From: Sedimentisphaerales bacterium
GTDB lineage: Bacteria; Planctomycetota; Phycisphaerae; Sedimentisphaerales; Anaerobacaceae
Assembly: GCA_040772485.1 (NCBI GenBank)
Contig: JAXGYC010000010.1
Span: 192,001 to 256,000, forward strand
DNA length: 64,000 bases
Direction: 5' to 3'
The translations under genes were made by a program, and so were the position numbers. Within the stretch, counting starts at the first letter, position 1. Each line of letters starts with the position of its first letter. The notes beneath the pieces were generated by a model that worked only from the letters and a program-made list of their open reading frames with translations, was not told the DNA's origin and did not search any database. This document shows, in pieces, positions 56,819 through 64,000 of the stretch.

Positions 56819-57400
56819 TCATGCGGTCCCCCGACAGACGACGGGCGCAAGGCGGTCGCGGAGGGCGAAGCCGAGGGCAAGACCGAGACCCAGGGCGGTG
56901 GACAATCTCGCGTAGAGGCGCAGATAGAGCCCAACCTCCGCCGGACGGAACAGAACCAACAGGACCACACCCGCCAGGAAGTAGAGCGCGATCGAGACAG
57001 CCGCCCAAGCCAGAAACGTCCGCCAGAAGCTCGGACGCGAACGTCGGGGCAGAAGCCTCGCGTTCACGAATACGATACCGGTCAGGGCAATCATCAGAAC
57101 GATGGTGTGCACCGCGACCCGCGCCGATGCACCGGGGGCGAAACCCAGCATGCCGACGGTCAGCACAACAGCAGCAGTCAACAGACCGGCCGACCTCCGG
57201 CGGCGCGCCGCGAACACGAGCACGCCGACCAGGAAGCCGTTGACAACCACCTGGAACGCAGGCGAAGCGGGCGATATCGCCCGAGCCCCGAAGGCCATCA
57301 GCGCCGTCAGAAGACACGCCGCCGTCGGGAAGGCCACCGTCAACACGCCTTCGACCGCCCAACTGCCTTGCGACAGAATCGCTTGATCCGTCTTCTGCAT
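56819..57400 (-). CDS. Hypothetical integral membrane protein
   Basis: About six hydrophobic helices; GAGGG RBS; co-oriented with the C39-like gene. Confidence 0.65.
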   Translation of the reverse strand: MQKTDQAILSQGSWAVEGVLTVAFPTAACLLTALMAFGARAISPASPAFQVVVNGFLVGVLVFAARRRRSAGLLTAAVVLTVGMLGFAPGASARVAVHTIVLMIALTGIVFVNARLLPRRSRPSFWRTFLAWAAVSIALYFLAGVVLLVLFRPAEVGLYLRLYARLSTALGLGLALGFALRDRLAPVVCRGTA

Positions 57401-57589
57401 CGCGTCGCGACCCCTCAATGCGACCGTTCTCTGCTCAGGATGGTGCGCATCGGCTCGTCCTTTGCAGAGGCATTATGGCCGAGACGATCGAGACAGGCAA
57501 GCGACATGTCCTCGCCGACAGTCCGCGCGCAGAGCGTGATGGACGCCTCGCTGCAAGCGGATCACGACACGTTGCGACGATTTTGGCGA

Positions 57590-57617
57590 TTGCTTACCGC
57601 CAAAGGATCGTTATAAT
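57590..57617 (+). promoter_or_regulatory. Possible promoter for the S8 protease
   Basis: TTGCTT-16 nt-TATAAT. Confidence 0.45.
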
Positions 57618-57722
57618 GGGCAATATAGGTCCCGTGCGGAAGGCGATGGCCTTGCAGGAGCGGGGGACTCGGTTGGCGGTCCATTGGGAGCGTTATGGAA
57701 GAATGTGGTGGAGGCAGTACGC

Positions 57723-60700
57723 ATGAAAACGCGCAATCCAGGCAAAATCATGGCGGTCGCAGCGGCGGTGCTGATCGTGGTCTCGGCGCTGGCATATACA
57801 CCGCCGTCGACAGCAGGACAGCAGACCGATCGGGCCACCGAACAGACCCGTCTTGCAGTGGATGGAACCCACCCGGCCGACGGGCTGCACTATGTCCCGG
57901 GCGAGATCCTCGTCAGACTCAAGGCCGCCGCGACGTCGGCCAGCGAGGAGACATCGCCACAGGATGACGCCCTGCTGCGCCTCGAGAGACGCCACCAGCT
58001 TGAGGTCTGCAAATCGGTCCTTCTCGACGCCGGGGCCAAGGCGAGATCCCGCGGACAGGCCAGACGGCCCTTCCACCTGCTCCGGACCGAAGGCGACGTT
58101 GAGGCGGTCTGCGCACAGCTTCGCAACGACCCGGACGTCGAGTCTGCCCAACCCAACTATGTGTACCATCCCTGCCGGGTGCCCAACGATCCCGATTTCG
58201 CCGACCAGTACGCACATCAGTTGATCCAGATGACCGATGCCTGGGACATCTCGACGGGCAGTCGTGACGTCGTGGTGGGGGTGCTGGGCACGGGCGTGGA
58301 TGTCAACCACCCCGACCTGAAAGACAACATCTGGCTGAACGACGATGAGATTCCCGGCAACGGCGTGGACGACGACAACAACGGCTACGTCGACGACGTC
58401 CACGGATGGAACTTCGAGAGTCAGAACAACCAGGTCATTCCCGAGTCGGTGATCTACGGCATCGAGGGACACGAGACGATGGTGGCCGGGGTCATCGCAG
58501 CGGTCGGCGACAACAACGAAGGCGTCTGCGGCGTCAACTGGCAGTGCAGCATCATGCCGCTGCGCGTCAGCCTCTACATCACCACGGCCGAGGTGGCCGA
58601 GAGTCTGAACTATGCGACGGCCAACCACGCTGACATTGTGAACATGAGCTTCGGCGCCGGCATCGACGAACCGGATTGGACGGACGACCCCATCATGCAG
58701 GAGGCAATCGATCACGCGTTCGCCGAAGGGGTCCTGCTGGTCGCCAGCGCGGGTAACTCGGCCACGGATGACGTGTACTATCCGGCGGCCTATTACAACG
58801 TCATGTCCGTCGCATCTACCGACGGAGAAGACGCCAAGACCGACCACAGCACGTTTGGATCCTGGGTGGACATCGCCGCTCCCGGAACGGACATCGTGAC
58901 CACCGATCTGAACGGCGAGTATATCGCCACCGCCGGAACATCGTTTTCGGCGCCGTATGTCGCGGCGGTCGCCGCACTGGTGCTGGCCCATGAGCCCAAC
59001 CTGATCCACGTCGAGCTTCGCGCGGTCCTGGAGAACACGACCGACCCCGTCTACTACGGCCTGGTCGATCCCGACCTTGGCTACATCGGGACCGGACGCG
59101 TCAACGCCTATGCCGCCCTCCAGGCAGCCGGCCAGAGACATCCCCTCGGCGAGATCGTCGCTCCCCGGCAGGCGGAGTCCTTCGCCGCCGACGTCAATGC
59201 CATCGACGTGCTACTGTTCGTCCACGGTGACAGCTATCGCCTCGAACACAGCACCTACGGCAACCACGACTGGACGCTCGTCGCCGAAGGCGCCGGCCCG
59301 ACCGATCCGAATGGATTCGTACGGCTCTCGCTGGCCGATCCCGGCGCCGGCACGTTTGAGCTGAGACTCGCTGTGATGACCGAGGGACAGACGCACCACG
59401 ACCGGAAAATCTTCGGCATCCGATGGGCGCCGGCGCAAACCCCATGGCCGGCGCCAAAGAATGTCGCCTATCCACCCGACGATCAGTTCTTCGGTGGACC
59501 GATCTGCATGGACGTGGACGGTGATGGACGCAACGAAATCGTTCAGTCCTCCATCTCCTGGGCCAACTTCGACGGCATCCCCCGGCTGTCCGTCTGGCGC
59601 GAGGACGGCACGGCCCTGCCGGGCTGGCCTCAGGAACTGTCCTTCGCCTACGACCCGCCCTACTGCGCGGTCGGTGACATCGACGGCGACGGGGATTACG
59701 AGATTGTCGGAACGTGCAATTACGACGGGATCGTCTGCGCCTGGCACGCCGAGAGCGGCGAATGGGTGGATGGCTGGCCGAAGGCACTGGGCGGCTGGTA
59801 CTACAGCATCGTCGGCTATCCGGTGCTGGCGGATCTGGATGGAGACGGCGACAGCGAAATCCTCGTCGGCCTCAATGCGGACCCGGGTGACATGGACGGT
59901 CTCTACGCCTTTCAGGCCGACGGCACTTCGCTCTGGCAGCGACGCTACGCCTGCGAAGGCGCCATCAGCGTGGCCGACTTCGATCGGGATGGCGACGTGG
60001 AAATCGCCGTGTGCGGCTACGGTCCCGGCGTCAGCAACATCTACGCGCACATTCTCGATCACCAGGGCCAGCTCGTCAAGAAGTGGCGAGGCGGCAGCGG
60101 CAAGGGAACCGCCATCGCCGATCTGGAAGGCGACGGGCAGCCCGAACTGGTCTTCTGTGTCGAGGACGGCGTGCAGGCCGTCAGCGTCGACGGGAGCACC
60201 ATCTGGAAGACCCGGCTCAGCGATCCGTTCGACACCGAGGGCTCGCTGAGTATCGCAGACATCGACAACGACGGACGCAGCGAAGTCTATGTCAACAGCT
60301 ACGTGGAGTCCGACGGCTACTCGTTCACGCAGGTCTACGCCCTGGATCATCAGGGCCGGCAGATGACGCAGACCGGGTTCCCGAAGACCGTCATGGGCGA
60401 TCCCGGCGACAGCGCGCCTCTGATCGCCGACATCGACGGGGACGGCCAGAAGGAGACCCTGGTCGGCGCGGCGGGCACGCCGCTGATCGCCTGGGAGGCA
60501 GACGGCTCAACCGTGACGGGATTCCCCATGCTGACCCTGCCGACCGAAGTCTACTGCACAGCCGCGATCAGCGACCTCGATCAGGACGGCGACATCGAGA
60601 TTCTGGTCGGCGGCTACGACTATCGGTTCCACGTCGTGGATATGCCGGGTCAACACAATCCCGACGCGACCGACTGGGGGACCGCAAGGCATGACCCGCA

Positions 60701-61499
60701 GAACTCCGCATGGACTTCGAAGGCCCTCACGCTCGAGCTGGACACCGCACCGGAGCAGATCCAGCCGGGACAGCGCCTGCTCCTGGCGCTGCACGCCACG
60801 AACCCGGACAATCGGCCACTGCGCTTCGTGGTCGGCAATCTGCCGGAGGGCGCCTATTTCGATCCCAATGCACTGACGGTTTCCTGGAAACCCACGACGG
60901 ATCAGGTCTTCCACACCTACCGTTTTTCCTTCCTGGTCACCGACGGCATCCACCAGACCAGCCGCAGCGTCTCGGTTGCCGTGGCGCCCGACGCAATCTG
61001 CTCGGCCAACATGGACTCCGATCCCGCCTGGCAGCTTGACGGAGGATGGACTTGGGGCACACCGGCCGGAAACGGTTCGTGGAACGGGGATCCTGCCTCC
61101 GGCCGCACCGGACAGAGCGTGATCGGGTACGCCCTCGATGGAGACTATGAGGACGGGATGGTGGAGACGCGTTACGCAACGATGGGTCCGATCAATTGCG
61201 AAGGCTACGCCAACATCCGACTGGGCTTCTGGCGATGGCTCGGGATCGAGGCGCCGTATGACGACGCGTGCGTCCAGGTCTCTAATGACGGCGCCAATTG
61301 GACCGACCTCTGGACGGCCGGCAACTCCCATGTCTCCGACGAATCGTGGCGATTCATGGAATACCTCGTGCCTGCCTCGATCGGTGACGGCCAACCAACG
61401 CTCTATTTCCGATGGGGCATCGGTCCGACCGATGAATCGGTCACCTACGCCGGCTGGAATATTGACGACGTCCAGGTGACCGGAGACGTCATTCAGTAA
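57723..61499 (+). CDS. Secreted S8 (subtilisin-like) serine peptidase with FG-GAP repeats, an Ig-like domain and a C-terminal jelly-roll domain
   Basis: Signal peptide, prodomain (YVPGEILV, AQPNY), NHPDL, DDDNNGYVDDVHGWNF, SAGN, DIAAPG, GTSFSAP, many DxDGDG repeats and GWNIDDV. Catalytic Asp site reads VLGTG. Confidence 0.9.
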   Translation: MKTRNPGKIMAVAAAVLIVVSALAYTPPSTAGQQTDRATEQTRLAVDGTHPADGLHYVPGEILVRLKAAATSASEETSPQDDALLRLERRHQLEVCKSVLLDAGAKARSRGQARRPFHLLRTEGDVEAVCAQLRNDPDVESAQPNYVYHPCRVPNDPDFADQYAHQLIQMTDAWDISTGSRDVVVGVLGTGVDVNHPDLKDNIWLNDDEIPGNGVDDDNNGYVDDVHGWNFESQNNQVIPESVIYGIEGHETMVAGVIAAVGDNNEGVCGVNWQCSIMPLRVSLYITTAEVAESLNYATANHADIVNMSFGAGIDEPDWTDDPIMQEAIDHAFAEGVLLVASAGNSATDDVYYPAAYYNVMSVASTDGEDAKTDHSTFGSWVDIAAPGTDIVTTDLNGEYIATAGTSFSAPYVAAVAALVLAHEPNLIHVELRAVLENTTDPVYYGLVDPDLGYIGTGRVNAYAALQAAGQRHPLGEIVAPRQAESFAADVNAIDVLLFVHGDSYRLEHSTYGNHDWTLVAEGAGPTDPNGFVRLSLADPGAGTFELRLAVMTEGQTHHDRKIFGIRWAPAQTPWPAPKNVAYPPDDQFFGGPICMDVDGDGRNEIVQSSISWANFDGIPRLSVWREDGTALPGWPQELSFAYDPPYCAVGDIDGDGDYEIVGTCNYDGIVCAWHAESGEWVDGWPKALGGWYYSIVGYPVLADLDGDGDSEILVGLNADPGDMDGLYAFQADGTSLWQRRYACEGAISVADFDRDGDVEIAVCGYGPGVSNIYAHILDHQGQLVKKWRGGSGKGTAIADLEGDGQPELVFCVEDGVQAVSVDGSTIWKTRLSDPFDTEGSLSIADIDNDGRSEVYVNSYVESDGYSFTQVYALDHQGRQMTQTGFPKTVMGDPGDSAPLIADIDGDGQKETLVGAAGTPLIAWEADGSTVTGFPMLTLPTEVYCTAAISDLDQDGDIEILVGGYDYRFHVVDMPGQHNPDATDWGTARHDPQNSAWTSKALTLELDTAPEQIQPGQRLLLALHATNPDNRPLRFVVGNLPEGAYFDPNALTVSWKPTTDQVFHTYRFSFLVTDGIHQTSRSVSVAVAPDAICSANMDSDPAWQLDGGWTWGTPAGNGSWNGDPASGRTGQSVIGYALDGDYEDGMVETRYATMGPINCEGYANIRLGFWRWLGIEAPYDDACVQVSNDGANWTDLWTAGNSHVSDESWRFMEYLVPASIGDGQPTLYFRWGIGPTDESVTYAGWNIDDVQVTGDVIQ

Positions 61500-61527
61500 C
61501 CACAGCTTCCCTGTCGAAGGCATATCG

Positions 61528-61568
61528 AACCCTGCCCTCCCTCGATAGAGCGGGCAGGGTTTTCTCTT
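61528..61568 (+). terminator. Intrinsic terminator after the S8 gene
   Basis: AACCCTGCCC...GGGCAGGGTT followed by TTCTCTT. Confidence 0.7.
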
Positions 61569-61786
61569 GCGCATGGGGATCGCCGGACAGGAGAAAAACC
61601 GCGTTACGGCCACCGCGAGGTTCGGCACTACCGTTGTAGAGGGCAAAGAAGCAGCCCCTCTCACGGGGATCGGGACGGTCCATCGGGAGTGGAACACAGT
61701 ATGGAGTGATCTCCGAACCCTCCGGAGTTACATCGCGACCGAGGCCGCGGGGTGCGACAACTCGCGGCCTCGTCTCTTTGCGCGCA

Positions 61787-64000
61787 TCACGACGGCCAGG
61801 CGCCGGCCACCTCGGACTTGGGCGTGTCGGAGGTCTGGTCGGCGTGAGCGCGCCCGAAGCCCAGCCATAGAGACAGGCGACTGAGCATCACGTACAGCGA
61901 CGGAACCACCACCAGCGTCAGGAGCGTGGCGAAGCCCAGGCCGAAGATGACGACCACCGCCATGTTGCGCCACCATTGGGCCGATTCGCTCTTGGTGGCC
62001 CATGTGAAGGTATGGAAGTCGTACGAGACGCCGACTGCCATGGGGATCAGTCCGATGATCGTGGTCATGGCCGTCAGCATTACGGGCCGCAGACGGGTGA
62101 CGCCCGCCGTGGAGGCCGCCTCGATCAGGCCCATACCCTCCCTCTGCAACTGCTGCGTGTAGGCCAGCAGCACGATCGCGTTGTTGACCACCACGCCCGC
62201 CAGACTGATGATGCCGATTCCCGTCATGATGATCCCGAAGGGCAGGCCGCAGACCAGCAGTCCGATCAGCGCGCCGATCAGAGACAGCACCACGGTCGTC
62301 ATGATGATGAACGGCACCATGAGCGAATTGAACTGAATCACCAGGACCATCACCACCAGCAGCAGCGCAATGGCGAAGGCCTTGGACAGGAACGCCTGCG
62401 CCTTGTCCTGCTCTTCTTTCTCGCCGGCATAGCGAATCTCGTAGCCCAGCGGCAGTTCGATCGACGCAAGCGTTTTCTGCACGTCGGCGAGGACTTCCGA
62501 GCCGAGACGGCCTTCGGCGTCGGCGGTAAGTGTGACGACGCGTTTCTGGTCGACGCGATTGATCGTTCCGAAACCGCCTCGGTAGGTGAACGTGCCCAGA
62601 GAGCTGACCGGTACTGCCTCGCCGGCCGTATTGGGGACCTGAAGGCGATACAAATCGTCGACCTTCGTGCGGTCCTCCACGGGCAGGCGCACCGTAATAT
62701 CGTATTCCTCGTTGTACTCCCGGTAGGTGCCGACCTTGCTGCCGAACACCGCCATCTTGAGGAAGTTGCCCACGGTGGCGGTATTGACGCCCAGGAGCAT
62801 CGCCACGCGACGGTCTGCGGTGAAGGCCAGTTCCGGGCGTGCCCCTTCGAAATCGCTGCGCAGGTTCACGACGTTGGGCACCGCCGCAATCAGACGCCGG
62901 GCCTGCTCGCTAAGCCGCTCGAGCGTCTTGAAGTCTTCACCCATGACACGGACCGTGACGGGCGCTCCGCTCGGGGGTCCCATTTCCTCCTTCTCGACCT
63001 TGATCTCCGTACCCGGAATGTCGGCAATCGCCTGACGAATCTCCACGAGGACTTCGTTGGACGGCCTCGTCCGCTCGACGAAATCGTGGAACACCAGAGT
63101 GACACCGGTCAGGTGGGACCCGCCCGCGCTGGCCACCAGGCCCATGTTGGTCCCTCCCGCCGATCCGACGTTTGTGATGACGTGCTTGAGCCAGGGCCTG
63201 TACGGTTCGAGCCGCTCCTCGATCAGACGGGCGATTCGGTCGGTCTCGTGGATGTTCGTCCCCTGCGGTGCACGAATGTCGATGACGGCGCGTTCGGGGT
63301 CACCTTCCGGGAAGAACTCGGTCCCCTTGCCGATCTTGGCGTAGAGGATTCCCAGGCCGACCAGCAGGCAGAACGCCAGGAACAGGGTCAGGCCGGGATT
63401 GTACAGTCCCGCCTCCTGGACGCGACGATACATGCGCAGGGACCAGTGGTCCTTCTGATGGGGTCTGGGCGCCCGGCCCGCCCAGATCGAGCAGATCACC
63501 GGGTTGAACACCAGACCGACGAACAGGGAAGCCAGAAGGCCCAGTGTCAGCGTGATGGGCAGGTACTTCATGAAGTCGCCCATGACGCCCGGCCAGAACA
63601 TCATCGGGAAGAACGCGCAGACGGTAGTCAGGGTCGACGTCGTCACCGGCCAAGCCACCTCACGGGCCCCGAGAATCGATGCCTCGGTCAAGCCATAGCC
63701 GAGTTGAAGGTGCCGATAGATGTTTTCCACGATCACGATCGCATTGTCCACCAGCATGCCCAGGACCAGAATCAGGCTGAACAGGACGATCATGTTCAGG
63801 GTGTAGCCCAGGGCCTGGACCAGGAAGAAGGTGATGAGCATGCTCAGTGGGATGATCATCGCCACGATGGTGCTCGGACGCCAGCCGAGAAACAGCAGCA
63901 GAACCAGCGTCACCAGGATCAAGGCAGAGATGATGTTGTTCTCGAGGTCGGCCACCGTGTCACGAACCATCTCCGACATATCGTAGGTGATGTCGAACTT
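61787..64000 (-). CDS. RND family efflux transporter permease, AcrB/AcrD/AcrF-like (5' truncated)
   Basis: GMLVDNAIVIVENIYR, AGVVVNNAIVL and RLRPVMLTAMTT; frame is open to the window edge. Confidence 0.95.
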   Translation of the reverse strand, partial: KFDITYDMSEMVRDTVADLENNIISALILVTLVLLLFLGWRPSTIVAMIIPLSMLITFFLVQALGYTLNMIVLFSLILVLGMLVDNAIVIVENIYRHLQLGYGLTEASILGAREVAWPVTTSTLTTVCAFFPMMFWPGVMGDFMKYLPITLTLGLLASLFVGLVFNPVICSIWAGRAPRPHQKDHWSLRMYRRVQEAGLYNPGLTLFLAFCLLVGLGILYAKIGKGTEFFPEGDPERAVIDIRAPQGTNIHETDRIARLIEERLEPYRPWLKHVITNVGSAGGTNMGLVASAGGSHLTGVTLVFHDFVERTRPSNEVLVEIRQAIADIPGTEIKVEKEEMGPPSGAPVTVRVMGEDFKTLERLSEQARRLIAAVPNVVNLRSDFEGARPELAFTADRRVAMLLGVNTATVGNFLKMAVFGSKVGTYREYNEEYDITVRLPVEDRTKVDDLYRLQVPNTAGEAVPVSSLGTFTYRGGFGTINRVDQKRVVTLTADAEGRLGSEVLADVQKTLASIELPLGYEIRYAGEKEEQDKAQAFLSKAFAIALLLVVMVLVIQFNSLMVPFIIMTTVVLSLIGALIGLLVCGLPFGIIMTGIGIISLAGVVVNNAIVLLAYTQQLQREGMGLIEAASTAGVTRLRPVMLTAMTTIIGLIPMAVGVSYDFHTFTWATKSESAQWWRNMAVVVIFGLGFATLLTLVVVPSLYVMLSRLSLWLGFGRAHADQTSDTPKSEVAGAWPS

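Overview
High-GC bacterial chromosomal window. It is probably from a planctomycete of the Phycisphaerae/Sedimentisphaerales type (inferred from the DUF1559/H-X9-DG prepilin-like gene, dockerin-like repeats, the MoxR-VWA cluster and many secreted sugar-active enzymes). In order it carries: a chemotaxis cluster (partial MCP, cheW, DcaP-like porin, Cache-domain MCP); a cobalamin-riboswitch-controlled unit encoding a secreted dockerin protein with two putative B12-binding modules plus a DUF1559 prepilin-like protein; comF; a GH36-like enzyme; an XRE/S24 repressor with a DUF362 Fe-S protein; a cold-shock gene; flavodoxin; the gcvT-H-PA-PB glycine cleavage operon; type II dehydroquinate synthase; mscL; GH172, DUF1080, M23, esterase and methyltransferase genes; tRNA-Gly(CCC); a GH129-like enzyme; an approximately 19 kb minus-strand MoxR/VWA/DUF58/ABC-2 cluster with three paralogous permeases; a Tat-exported oxidoreductase/TIM-barrel pair; a C39-like peptidase; a large S8 protease with an altered catalytic triad; and a partial RND transporter. 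No CRISPR array, integrase or transposase was seen. The best candidate for an undescribed system is the B12-riboswitch / B12-binding dockerin protein / DUF1559 module, which has no BtuB or BtuFCD genes beside it. Other notable items are the porin inside the chemotaxis cluster, the S8 protease with Asp->Gly and His+1 Gly->Glu changes, and several families of small intergenic repeats. All family calls come from motif recognition by eye, not from database searches.
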